Shown here: one piece after another, positions 38,174 to 47,392 of the stretch
Layout of the letters: the number at the start of each line of letters is the position of its first letter
Position numbering within the stretch: position 1 is the first letter of the stretch
NCBI GenBank assembly: GCA_964612665.1
Contig: CAZTCI010000006.1
Span: 141,750-205,749 of the forward strand
Length of the DNA: 64,000 bases
DNA from: an uncultured Planctomycetales bacterium
GTDB lineage: Bacteria > Omnitrophota > Gorgyraeia > Zapsychrales > JAHFFX01
Direction: 5' to 3'
Made by a program: the position numbers and the translations under genes
Notes under the pieces: generated by a model
Databases searched by the model: none
Told to the model about the DNA's origin: nothing
What the model saw: the letters and a program-made list of their open reading frames with translations, nothing else

Positions 38174-38902
38174 ATGAAAAATACTTTTAAAAATACGATT
38201 CAAGTAAGACCGGCGGCTGAACGCGGCCACGCGAATCACGGGTGGTTGGACAGTTACCATACATTTTCTTTTGCAAATTATTATGATGAAAAGTATATGG
38301 GTTTTCGTTCATTAAGAGTGATTAACGATGATTGGATTGCGCCGGGCAAGGGATTCGGCGCGCATCCGCACCGCGATATGGAAATTTTTACCTACGTGAT
38401 TGAAGGCGCAGTCGCGCATAAAGACAGCATGGGCCATGAGTCGGTCATTAAAGCGGGTGACGTACAGAAAATTACCGCCGGCACCGGCATTGTTCACAGT
38501 GAATATAATGGATCGCAAAAAGAAAAAGTTCACTTGCTGCAGATTTGGATTGTTCCGGCAAAGCAAAATTTGAAACCGTTTTACCAGGAATTCAGGCTGG
38601 GATCAGTGGATTCAAAAACACCCGTTTCCTTAATCGGTTCTCCACAAGGCGGAGAGAATGTGATGCAATTTAATCAGGATGTCTACATCTATAAAGGTGC
38701 GCTCAAATCCGGCGAGTCCTATCAGCATGATTTAAAATCCGGCCGCGGCGTTTGGCTTCAAATGATTAAAGGCGAAGTTCAGGTGAACGGAGTGAATGGT
38801 CAAAAGCTCGTCGAAGGAGACGGCGCGGCGGTTGAAAACGTCAATCAAATCGCTGTAGCCGTGAAAAAAGATGCTGAGTTTCTTTTAATGGATTTAGCTT
38901 AA
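38174..38902 (+). CDS. Pirin-family cupin protein
   Basis: GFGAHPHRDMEIFTYVIEGAVAHKDSMG...; divergent from the HxlR gene. Confidence 0.85.
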   Translation: MKNTFKNTIQVRPAAERGHANHGWLDSYHTFSFANYYDEKYMGFRSLRVINDDWIAPGKGFGAHPHRDMEIFTYVIEGAVAHKDSMGHESVIKAGDVQKITAGTGIVHSEYNGSQKEKVHLLQIWIVPAKQNLKPFYQEFRLGSVDSKTPVSLIGSPQGGENVMQFNQDVYIYKGALKSGESYQHDLKSGRGVWLQMIKGEVQVNGVNGQKLVEGDGAAVENVNQIAVAVKKDAEFLLMDLA

Positions 38903-38923
38903 GAATTCGCCTTCAGTTGCATG

Positions 38924-38967
38924 AAATAAGCCATGGTTATATTTGATAGCCATGGCTTATTTATTTT
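38924..38967 (+). terminator. Rho-independent terminator after the pirin gene
   Basis: ataagccatgg / ccatggcttat stem followed by a T-rich tract. Confidence 0.55.
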
Positions 38968-39099
38968 GTCGATGAATTTTTTCCAAATTCAATCTTTCTC
39001 AACTTGCCGTTAATCGATATAATAGATATAAACATTCTTCCGAAAAAAATCCATTTATCTATTGAAGTTATTGGGCGTCGGTATTAAGCTTTTACAATC

Positions 39100-39453
39100 A
39101 TGTTAGAGTACATCGCAATTATATTTGCCTTTCTATTTGCCTTAGGGATTGCGGCGTTTTTGTTGACGTTGCCTAAATTGCTGAGTCCCAAACGTCCTAG
39201 CGAGGCCAAATCTAAAATATTCGAATGCGGAAAAGAACCGCTGTCCTTGCCGCGTGGGCAGATTCCTGTTCATTTTTATATTGTCGCCATGCTTTTTATT
39301 GTATTTGACGTCGAGATGGTCTTTCTTTTTCCCTGGGCGGTGACGTTCCGAGATATGGGCGTTTTTGGATTGGTTGAGATGGCGATTTTTTTGGGCTTTG
39401 TAATTTTGGGATATGCTTACGCCTGGAAAAAAGGGGCGTTAGAGTGTGAGTAG
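39100..39453 (+). CDS. nuoA: NADH-quinone oxidoreductase subunit A
   Basis: Three-TM protein with FECGKEP...FDVEMVFLFPWA signature. Confidence 0.9.
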   Translation: MLEYIAIIFAFLFALGIAAFLLTLPKLLSPKRPSEAKSKIFECGKEPLSLPRGQIPVHFYIVAMLFIVFDVEMVFLFPWAVTFRDMGVFGLVEMAIFLGFVILGYAYAWKKGALECE

Positions 39454-39457
39454 TTTA

Positions 39458-39536
39458 AACGCGAATACTCGCGAATTGCACACCAATTAACGCGAATTCG
39501 CGAGATTCGAGTGTAATTCGCGAGTATTCGCGTTTA
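39458..39536. repeat. Intercistronic perfect 21-bp inverted repeat (nuoA-nuoB) enclosing the self-complementary dodecamer CGCGAATTCGCG
   Basis: aaacgcgaatactcgcgaatt at 39458-39478 is the exact reverse complement of aattcgcgagtattcgcgttt at 39516-39536; cgcgaattcgcg lies at 39491-39502. Confidence 0.8.
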
Positions 39537-39554
39537 AAAAAAAAGGAACTAACA

Positions 39555-40118
39555 ATGTCCTTCATGAGTTCAGCCACAAATTTTTTCACATCCAAAATGA
39601 ACGACGCGCTGGGCTGGGCGCGCAAATATTCTATTTTTCAATATCCTTTCGTAACGGCGTGCTGCGGCATGGAATATATGTCAACCGCGGCCGGTCATTA
39701 TGATGTCGACCGTTTCGGCGCCGGCTTCCCCCGTTTTTCCCCTAGGCAATCCGATGTCCTTTTTGTCGTCGGAACAATCAGCCATAAAATGGCACCCGTC
39801 CTTAAAACTGTTTATGACCAAATGTGTGAACCGAAATGGGTTGTCGCTTTCGGCGTCTGTACTTGTACCGGCGGATTTTATGATAATTACGCGACGGTAA
39901 TGGGCATCGATACGATTATTCCCGTTGATATTTATATTCCCGGCTGTCCGCCCCGTCCGGAAAATGTTTTGGATGGTCTTATGAAGCTTCAAAATAAAAT
40001 TCAGCGTGGGGAACAATCCCGGACGCTTTATGATCCCCGGACAAAAATTGGCAGGCCTGCCGAATTACAGCAAGGTTATTCCGTCCAGCAGCACATAAAA
40101 CATATAGAATCCACATGA
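39555..40118 (+). CDS. nuoB: NADH-quinone oxidoreductase subunit B
   Basis: CCGMEYM, GVCTCTGG, PGCPP cluster N2 ligands. Confidence 0.9.
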   Translation: MSFMSSATNFFTSKMNDALGWARKYSIFQYPFVTACCGMEYMSTAAGHYDVDRFGAGFPRFSPRQSDVLFVVGTISHKMAPVLKTVYDQMCEPKWVVAFGVCTCTGGFYDNYATVMGIDTIIPVDIYIPGCPPRPENVLDGLMKLQNKIQRGEQSRTLYDPRTKIGRPAELQQGYSVQQHIKHIEST

Positions 40119-40609
40119 CACCTCTACAATACGTTCAAGAAAAATTTCCGCAAGACGTGATCGAAACACACAGCTTTAGGGGCGATGAAACCGTTATCAT
40201 CCGGCCGGGCGCTTTACGCACGATTGCCAAATCTTTAAAAGAAACGCCAGAACTTGATTTTAATTTCCTCATGGACTTAACTGCAGTCGATTATCTTTTT
40301 TTCGCGGGCGGAAGGATTCCAAAAGAATTTAGGTTTGAAGTTGTTTATCATTTTTATTCGTTGAAACATAATCACCGGTTGCGGATCAAGGTTCCCGTCG
40401 GTGAAGATAATCCGGAAGTTGATTCACTTATAACTCTCTGGCCATCGGCCAATTGGTATGAGAGAGAAGTTTGGGATATGTTCGGTATCCGGTTTAACGG
40501 CCATCCGAATTTAAAAAGAATTTTGATGTACGATGAGTTTAAAGGCCATGCGTTGCGGAAGGATTATCCGTTTAATAAACGGCAACCCCTCATCGGACCC
40601 AATAATTAA
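40115..40609 (+). CDS. nuoC: NADH-quinone oxidoreductase subunit C
   Basis: 30 kDa subunit signature EREVWDMFGIRFNGHPNLKRIL. Confidence 0.85.
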   Translation: MTPLQYVQEKFPQDVIETHSFRGDETVIIRPGALRTIAKSLKETPELDFNFLMDLTAVDYLFFAGGRIPKEFRFEVVYHFYSLKHNHRLRIKVPVGEDNPEVDSLITLWPSANWYEREVWDMFGIRFNGHPNLKRILMYDEFKGHALRKDYPFNKRQPLIGPNN

Positions 40610-40613
40610 AATG

Positions 40614-40730
40614 ACCAATAACCAAGATACAAACACCAAACAAATTCCAATATCCAAATTCGAATCTTCATTGGTTTGTGAATTGAATATTGAAATTTGG
40701 TAATTGTTTGGTGTTTGTATCTTGGTTATT
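40614..40730. repeat. 117-nt near-perfect palindromic element between nuoC and nuoD
   Basis: accaataaccaagatacaaacaccaaacaa at 40614-40643 versus aattgtttggtgtttgtatcttggttatt at 40702-40730, with a second nested inverted repeat (ccaaattc / gaaatttgg) in the loop. Confidence 0.75.
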
Positions 40731-40745
40731 AAATATTCTAAAGAT

Positions 40746-42068
40746 ATGTCTGAATCCCGCACAATGATGTTAAATGTAGGTCCTTCGCACCCGGCGATGC
40801 ATGGTGTTATCCGGCTGATTATGGAGCTGGAGGGGGAGAAAATTAAAAATGTCGACGTGGAGATCGGCTATCTTCACCGCGCTTTTGAGAAAATGTGCGA
40901 AACGGTCATGTACGCGCAGTGTTTTCCTTATACTGATCGGTTGAATTATGTTTCGCCACTCATCAATAATGTCGGCTTTGCGTTGGCGGTTGAACAACTT
41001 TTGGGGATTGATATTCCGGAACGGGCGAAATATATCCGGGTCATCATGAGTGAAATTTCGCGCGTGACCGACCATCTGACTTGCATCGGCGCCTCCGCCA
41101 TGGAATTGGGCGCGATGTCTGCTTTCCTTTATATGATCAAAGCCCGGGAATTTTTGTATGAACTCGTCGAAGAAATCACCGGCGCCCGTTTAACCATTTC
41201 CTATGTCCGTATCGGCGGCGTCAAAGCTGACCTCACGCCCGGTTTCGCGGACAAAGCTTTCAAAAAAATCGCGGATGTGCGCAAAGTCTTGATTGAAGTC
41301 GATGAATTGTTAACGCGTAACCGGATCTTTTTTGACCGGGTCAAAGATATCGGAAAAATTTCCGCTGATGATGCGATCGCCTATGGCATCACCGGTCCAT
41401 TCCTGCGCTCGACGGGCGTTGCGTATGATGTGCGTAAAGCTAATCCCTATTTAATCTATGACCGTTTAAAATTTGAAGTGCCGACCGGAACGAAAGGGGA
41501 TAACCTCGACCGTTATTTTGTCCGTATGGAAGAGATGGAACAGAGTCTGCGGATTGTTGAACAATGTTTAGAACAAATTCCCGATGGGCCGATTGCGGGG
41601 AATTTAACCGCAGAAGTGATTCCGGCCGCCGAAATGGTTGATAAAGCCAAGATGGGACAGACCAAAGGTTTGATTGAAGATCAGGTTGATTTGGATCCCA
41701 CGCTTCAAGGCAGCACCAAGAAATTTTATAAAGGTATTAACGCCGAAAGAAAAGATGTTGTTCTTCCGGCCAAGGAAGACACTTACAGTAATATCGAAGG
41801 GTTAATGAATCATTTTAAGCTGGTTATGTATGGTCACGGCATTAAGCCTCCGGTCGGCGAAGCTTATTTTCCCGTCGAGGGGGCGAATGGTGAACTTGGG
41901 TTTTATATTGTCAGTGACGGACGTGATCAACCCTGGCGCGTCCGTGTTCATCCGCCGTGTTTCCCAATCATGGCCGCGTTACCGAAAGTTTTAATTGGAG
42001 ACATGATGGCGGATTTGGTTCCGACGTTTGGGTCGGTGAATATGATCGCCGGGGAGTTAGATCGTTGA
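40746..42068 (+). CDS. nuoD: NADH-quinone oxidoreductase subunit D
   Basis: MSESRTMMLNVGPSHPAMHGVIRL... 49 kDa subunit. Start set at the first ATG after the palindromic element; the track ORF begins at 40704. Confidence 0.9.
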   Translation: MSESRTMMLNVGPSHPAMHGVIRLIMELEGEKIKNVDVEIGYLHRAFEKMCETVMYAQCFPYTDRLNYVSPLINNVGFALAVEQLLGIDIPERAKYIRVIMSEISRVTDHLTCIGASAMELGAMSAFLYMIKAREFLYELVEEITGARLTISYVRIGGVKADLTPGFADKAFKKIADVRKVLIEVDELLTRNRIFFDRVKDIGKISADDAIAYGITGPFLRSTGVAYDVRKANPYLIYDRLKFEVPTGTKGDNLDRYFVRMEEMEQSLRIVEQCLEQIPDGPIAGNLTAEVIPAAEMVDKAKMGQTKGLIEDQVDLDPTLQGSTKKFYKGINAERKDVVLPAKEDTYSNIEGLMNHFKLVMYGHGIKPPVGEAYFPVEGANGELGFYIVSDGRDQPWRVRVHPPCFPIMAALPKVLIGDMMADLVPTFGSVNMIAGELDR

Positions 42069-42176
42069 TAGACGAATAGACACAAGTAGAAATTCTAACG
42101 TGTGTCATGTGTCTGGCGTCTTGTGTCCTTAAAAGTTTAGGAGGCTTTTATTTCTACGAAGACTCTAATTCCAGAA

Positions 42177-42617
42177 ATGGATAAAATCACAAGCCAGTAC
42201 GAAAGCAAACGCGCGGCATTGCTTCCTTTATTGCATTTGGTTCAGGAAAAACAAGGCATTATCTCGCCGGAAGCGGAAAAAGAAATAGCGGAATATCTTG
42301 GCATTGCGGTGTCGCACGTGCATGAAGTTATTTCGTTTTATCACTTGTTCCATCAGAAACCTCAGGGTAAATGTCATTTCTCTGTTTGCCAAACAACCGC
42401 TTGTTCTTTATTGGGCGGAGAAGAAATCATTGGTCATATTAAGAAAAGATTAAACATTAAAGCCGGCGAGACCACTCCCGACGGTAAATTCAGTCTGGGG
42501 GTTGTCGAATGCCTGGGCGCCTGCGAACTCGCGCCGATGATGCAGTGCAATAAAGATTATATCGGTTTCTTAAACAATAAAAAAGTTGATGAATTAATCG
42601 AGCAGAATTCTAAATAA
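42177..42617 (+). CDS. nuoE: NADH-quinone oxidoreductase subunit E (2Fe-2S)
   Basis: CQTTACSL ... CLGACELAP cysteine motifs. Confidence 0.9.
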   Translation: MDKITSQYESKRAALLPLLHLVQEKQGIISPEAEKEIAEYLGIAVSHVHEVISFYHLFHQKPQGKCHFSVCQTTACSLLGGEEIIGHIKKRLNIKAGETTPDGKFSLGVVECLGACELAPMMQCNKDYIGFLNNKKVDELIEQNSK

Positions 42618-42621
42618 ACCT

Positions 42622-43935
42622 ATGGAAAAAATAGTCACCCGACATTTTGATCAGCCTGAATCATACCGGATTGATTCCTATTTAAAAGATAAAGGCTACG
42701 AAGGCGCGCGTAAAGCACTGACCCAAATGACGCCCGCTCAGGTTATTGATGAGGTTAAGAAATCGAATTTGCGCGGGCTTGGCGGCGCAGGGTTCGCGAC
42801 GGGCATGAAATGGAGTTTTATTCCGAAAGACAACCCAAAACCCAAATATCTCGTCGTCAACGGTGATGAAGGCGAGCCAGGGACGTTTAAAGACAAATAC
42901 ATTTTGGAACTAGATCCGCACGCGTTGATCGAAGGGATGATTATTACCTGCTACGCGATTGGAAGCCATAAAGGTTATGTTTATATTCGCGGCGAATATT
43001 TAAAACAGATTGAAAGACTGCGCGCTGCGATCGCGGAAGCTTATCAAAAAGGATTTCTCGGTAAAAATATTATGGGAACGGGTTTCGATTTGGACATTGT
43101 TGTTCACCAAGGCGCCGGCGCTTATATCTGCGGTGAAGAAACCGCGCTCATTGAATCGCTCGAAGGGAAAAAAGGGTTCCCGCGTCTTAAACCGCCTTTC
43201 CCGGCGGTCGTTGGATTGTTCGGCTGCCCGACGGTGATTAATAACGTTGAAACCTTGGCGTGCGTTCCTCCGATTATTATGAATGGCGCGGAGTGGTATG
43301 CGAAATTGGGTTGCGAAAAAAACGGTGGGAACAGATTGTTTTGTATCAGCGGTCATGTGAATAGACCCGGAATCTATGAACTTCCCAATGGAACAACTTT
43401 GCGCGAAATTATTTATCAGCACGCCGGAGGCATTCGTAACGGCCGTCAGCTTAAAGCTGTCATTCCCGGCGGCATTTCAGCGCCGCTTTTAATACCCGAT
43501 CAGCTCGACGTGAAAATGGATTTCGATTCCCTCAAAGCGATTGGTTCAATGGCCGGTTCCGGCGGAATTATTGTTATGGATGAAACCACGTGCATGGTTC
43601 GTGCCGCCATGATTGCCGCACGGTTTTTTGCGCATGAATCCTGCGGCCAGTGTTCGCCGTGCCGTGAAGGGAGCGGATGGGTCTACCGCAATGTCAAACG
43701 CATTTTCGACGGAGAAGGACGTCCGTTGGATTTACAAAATTTACCCGGTATTGTGGGGAATATCGGCGGCAACACGATCTGCGCGTTCGGGGATGCGGTC
43801 ACAATGTCCATCGGCAGTTACGTCCAAAAATTCCGCCATGAATTTGAACAGCATGTGAAAGACAAACGCTGTGGGCTTACAACCAATTTAAACTCGCCAG
43901 AGGCTGTGAAGGAATATGCCAAAGCTAACCATTGA
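42622..43935 (+). CDS. nuoF: NADH-quinone oxidoreductase subunit F (FMN, NADH-binding, 4Fe-4S)
   Basis: GLGGAGFATGMKW, GAGAYICGEETALIESLEG, ESCGQCSPCREG. Confidence 0.9.
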   Translation: MEKIVTRHFDQPESYRIDSYLKDKGYEGARKALTQMTPAQVIDEVKKSNLRGLGGAGFATGMKWSFIPKDNPKPKYLVVNGDEGEPGTFKDKYILELDPHALIEGMIITCYAIGSHKGYVYIRGEYLKQIERLRAAIAEAYQKGFLGKNIMGTGFDLDIVVHQGAGAYICGEETALIESLEGKKGFPRLKPPFPAVVGLFGCPTVINNVETLACVPPIIMNGAEWYAKLGCEKNGGNRLFCISGHVNRPGIYELPNGTTLREIIYQHAGGIRNGRQLKAVIPGGISAPLLIPDQLDVKMDFDSLKAIGSMAGSGGIIVMDETTCMVRAAMIAARFFAHESCGQCSPCREGSGWVYRNVKRIFDGEGRPLDLQNLPGIVGNIGGNTICAFGDAVTMSIGSYVQKFRHEFEQHVKDKRCGLTTNLNSPEAVKEYAKANH

Positions 43936-45505
43936 TGGACAAGAAATAGAAGTCCCGGCCGGCACAACCGTGATTCAGGCCGCGGAAAAATTGGGCATTA
44001 ATATTCCGCGCTACTGTTATCATCCGGCGCTGCCGATCGCCGGAAATTGCCGCATCTGCATGGTTGAAATTGAAAAACAACCCAAACTTCAGATCGCCTG
44101 CTACACGCAGGTCGCTGAAGGTATGGTTGTGAAAACCAATTCACCTAAAGTTCTTGAAACTCGGAAAACCGTTTTGGAATTTTTGCTCGTCAATCATCCG
44201 GTTGATTGCCCGGTCTGCGATCAGGCGGGCGAATGCAAGCTTCAAGATTATTACATGGAACACGGCAAATATAACAGCCGTTTGGAAGACGTTAAAGTCA
44301 AGAAACACAAAAAAGCTTTTTCAATCGGCCCGACGGTCATGCTGGATCAGGAACGCTGTATCCTTTGCACGCGCTGCGTTCGGTTTGCGGATAATATTAC
44401 GAAGACAAGTGAATTCGGTGTTTTTAACCGTGGTGATCATTCGGAACTTGATGTGACACCGGGTAAACAGTTTGATAATAATTATTCCGGAAACGTCGTC
44501 GACATTTGTCCAGTCGGCGCGTTGACCGATAAAGATTTCCGTTTCAAATGCCGTGTTTGGTATTTGAGTAATACTAAATCCGTGTGCCCAGGCTGCAGCG
44601 CGGGATGCAATATTAATATCGATTGGGACAAATCGCGTCCGCACCTGCAGAAAAAAGCGCGCGTCATGCGGTTAAAGCCCCGGCATAATCCGGGCGTTAA
44701 TGATTATTGGATCTGTGATGTCGGCCGTTACAATTATCATTTTATCGACGAGAATAGAATTTTTTTTCCTCAGTATAAGAATGACATCGTTTCCTGGGAC
44801 CAGGCGGCTGAGATGGTTGTTCAAACCCTTAAAGCGCTCAAAGATTCGGGCCACAGCGATAGAATCGGTATAATAGCATCCCCTCAATTAACCAACGAAG
44901 ATCTTTTCGCCGTCCGAAAATTATTTAAAGACAATTTGAAAATTGCTAACGTCGATTTCCGAGTCCCTGAACCGCCGGGCAAAGCGGATAACTTCCTTCT
45001 TAAAGCGGACAGAAATCCTAACACCGCCGGCGCCAAAGCGATTTTAGGTCAAGAAGGCAGCGATGCGCAACAGACAATTGAAAAAGCCAAGAAAGGTGAC
45101 ATCGATCTTTTATATGTCTTCGGTCATGACCTGGTCAATCTTTTCGGCAAAGTTGCCGTCGAGGAAATCGCAAAAAAAGTCAGGCTCTTTGTTTTTCAGG
45201 GGAGTAACGTGAATGAAACCTGCAGTTACGCGCATTTGATTTTGCCAAGCGCGGTGTACGCTGAAAAAGACGGAACGTTCACCAATTGCCAAGAGCGTGT
45301 CCAACGGATTTGGCCGGCTTTTATGCCGTTAGGTGAAAGTAAAGGCGACTGGGAAATTCTTTCGACATTGGCCCAGAAATTGGGAATCCAATTGGGATTT
45401 AAAAAGTCCGAGGATATTTTTAAGGAAATCGCAAAGTCCGTCGGGGCGTTTTCTGAAATGAATTACGAAAAAATTGCTGATCAAGGTATGGTGTTGAAAA
45501 AATAA
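43916..45505 (+). CDS. nuoG: NADH-quinone oxidoreductase subunit G (short form)
   Basis: N-terminal 2Fe-2S CYHPALPIAGNCRICMVE, HPVDCPVCDQAGEC, CILCTRCVRF. Confidence 0.85.
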   Translation: MPKLTIDGQEIEVPAGTTVIQAAEKLGINIPRYCYHPALPIAGNCRICMVEIEKQPKLQIACYTQVAEGMVVKTNSPKVLETRKTVLEFLLVNHPVDCPVCDQAGECKLQDYYMEHGKYNSRLEDVKVKKHKKAFSIGPTVMLDQERCILCTRCVRFADNITKTSEFGVFNRGDHSELDVTPGKQFDNNYSGNVVDICPVGALTDKDFRFKCRVWYLSNTKSVCPGCSAGCNINIDWDKSRPHLQKKARVMRLKPRHNPGVNDYWICDVGRYNYHFIDENRIFFPQYKNDIVSWDQAAEMVVQTLKALKDSGHSDRIGIIASPQLTNEDLFAVRKLFKDNLKIANVDFRVPEPPGKADNFLLKADRNPNTAGAKAILGQEGSDAQQTIEKAKKGDIDLLYVFGHDLVNLFGKVAVEEIAKKVRLFVFQGSNVNETCSYAHLILPSAVYAEKDGTFTNCQERVQRIWPAFMPLGESKGDWEILSTLAQKLGIQLGFKKSEDIFKEIAKSVGAFSEMNYEKIADQGMVLKK

Positions 45506-45536
45506 AATTGTTGTAGAAATGTCACTTATCGTTGGT

Positions 45537-45621
45537 CGGTTTCGTAGCTCGTATCGTCTTTCGGTTGTGGTGACGTCCGAACCGTAACCCCAAACGATTA
45601 CCGATACGAGCTACGAAACCG
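45537..45621. repeat. Intercistronic 20-bp inverted repeat between nuoG and nuoH
   Basis: cggtttcgtagctcgtatcg at 45537-45556 versus cgatacgagctacgaaaccg at 45602-45621, with a nested cggtt/aaccg hairpin in the loop. Confidence 0.75.
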
Positions 45622-45656
45622 ATAGTCATTCAACTCAACCTAACATCTAAGCAAAT

Positions 45657-46736
45657 ATGAACGATATCTTAATCAAACTCATCTTAAGCTGCGGCACGAT
45701 ATTTATGATGTTTAATATCGCCGGGCTTTTGACGTGGGTTGAGCGAAAGCAAAGCGCGGTCATGCAGGACCGTATCGGCGCGAACCGTGCGAAAATTTTT
45801 GGATTCAAGGCGATGGGGCTTTTCCATGCGATCGCGGATGTTTTGAAGATGCTTAGCAAAGAAGAGTTTATGCCTAATGGCGCGAATAAATTTTTATTTA
45901 ACCTGGCGCCGTATTTGTCAGTTGTTTTCGCGTTGGTGGGTTTTGCCGCGATTCCCATCGGCGATAGGTTAATCGTGGGCGGCCATGCTATCGAACTTCA
46001 AGCGGCGAACATTAATATTGCGCTGCTTTTTATTTTTGCGATGATGTCGATGGGCGTTTATGGCGTTGTGTTGGCCGGTTTCTCGTCCAATAACAATTAC
46101 GCGTTTCTGGGAGGCTTGCGCGGGGCGGCGCAAATGATTGCTTACGAAATCACAATGGGCGCGGCCATTATGGGTGTGATTATGGTTTTTAATTCGCTCG
46201 ATCTTCAACATCTTGTGCGCGCGCAAGGTGCTTATCTTTTCGGCTGGCTTCCGAAATGGGGTGTTTTCGTTCAACCACTCGCGTTTATTTTATTTTTGAC
46301 CGCTGCAACCGCTGAAACAAAGCGTATTCCATTCGACCTTCCCGAAGGCGAATCCGAAATCATTGGTTATTTTGTGGAATATAGCGGCATGAAGTTCGGC
46401 ATGTTTTTTCTGGCGGATTTGGTTGAAACAGTTTTGGTTTCATCTTTGATGACAACGCTATTTTTAGGCGGCTGGCAGGTGCCGTATCTTTTTCCCGACG
46501 GGTTTCATTTCCCGTGGGGCATGCAGCTCGCGCTTTCGAACTTTACTGTTGTTTTCTTAGGTTTGCTGGCATTTTTTATTAAACTTAGTTTCTTCATTTG
46601 GCTTTTAATGTCGATCCGCTGGACTTTACCGAGATTTCGTTATGATCAGCTCATGTATCTCGGCTGGAAAATTCTTTTGCCGGCTTCTTTAGTGAACATC
46701 GCCATTACGGCTGTCATTATAACGTTACTAAGGTAA
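45657..46736 (+). CDS. nuoH: NADH-quinone oxidoreductase subunit H
   Basis: Eight-TM ND1 homologue: VMQDRIGANRA..., GWLPKWGVF..., ETKRIPFDLPEGESE. Confidence 0.9.
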   Translation: MNDILIKLILSCGTIFMMFNIAGLLTWVERKQSAVMQDRIGANRAKIFGFKAMGLFHAIADVLKMLSKEEFMPNGANKFLFNLAPYLSVVFALVGFAAIPIGDRLIVGGHAIELQAANINIALLFIFAMMSMGVYGVVLAGFSSNNNYAFLGGLRGAAQMIAYEITMGAAIMGVIMVFNSLDLQHLVRAQGAYLFGWLPKWGVFVQPLAFILFLTAATAETKRIPFDLPEGESEIIGYFVEYSGMKFGMFFLADLVETVLVSSLMTTLFLGGWQVPYLFPDGFHFPWGMQLALSNFTVVFLGLLAFFIKLSFFIWLLMSIRWTLPRFRYDQLMYLGWKILLPASLVNIAITAVIITLLR

Positions 46737-46740
46737 TAAA

Positions 46741-47352
46741 ATGGAAAATACAAATACAACTCAAGAACGTCGAAAAGAATTAGAAAAGTATTTTGATGTT
46801 AAGGGCGTCTTTTCATTTTTACGTTTGGCGCAGATGAAACGGGCATGGAGACAAACGAACCGCCGGGAATTGACCTGGTGGGAAAGCACTTATATTCCGT
46901 CGGTGGCGCTGGGTATCTGGATCACTTCAAAACATTTTTTTCGTAATTTGAGCCTACATATTCTTCATCTGTTTGGTCTTTATAAAGATGTTCCCGCTGC
47001 GGTCACTTATCAATATCCCGAACAACCGCGTCCATTGGCCAAACGTTTAAGGACACGCCATCGTTTGATGAAACGTGAAGACGGTTCGCCGCGCTGTGTC
47101 GCTTGCATGATGTGCGAAACCGTCTGTCCGGCACGCTGTATTCAAATCACCGCCGCCGAACATCCTGATCCTAACATTGAAAAATATCCCGCCGAATTCG
47201 TCCTCGATTTAGGTAAATGTGTTTACTGCGGTTTTTGCGTCGAGGTTTGTCCGGAAGACGCGATCCGTATGGATACCGGCAAACTCGATACCTCCGAATA
47301 TTCCCGTGAAAGCATGATTTATAATAAGAAACGGTTGATGGAAGAATCGTAG
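46741..47352 (+). CDS. nuoI: NADH-quinone oxidoreductase subunit I (2x 4Fe-4S) with N-terminal extension
   Basis: CVACMMCETVCP and CVYCGFCVEVCP ferredoxin motifs. Confidence 0.85.
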   Translation: MENTNTTQERRKELEKYFDVKGVFSFLRLAQMKRAWRQTNRRELTWWESTYIPSVALGIWITSKHFFRNLSLHILHLFGLYKDVPAAVTYQYPEQPRPLAKRLRTRHRLMKREDGSPRCVACMMCETVCPARCIQITAAEHPDPNIEKYPAEFVLDLGKCVYCGFCVEVCPEDAIRMDTGKLDTSEYSRESMIYNKKRLMEES

Positions 47353-47392
47353 GGTTCAATTCTAAACCTTTCCAATCGAGCGCATTCAAATC

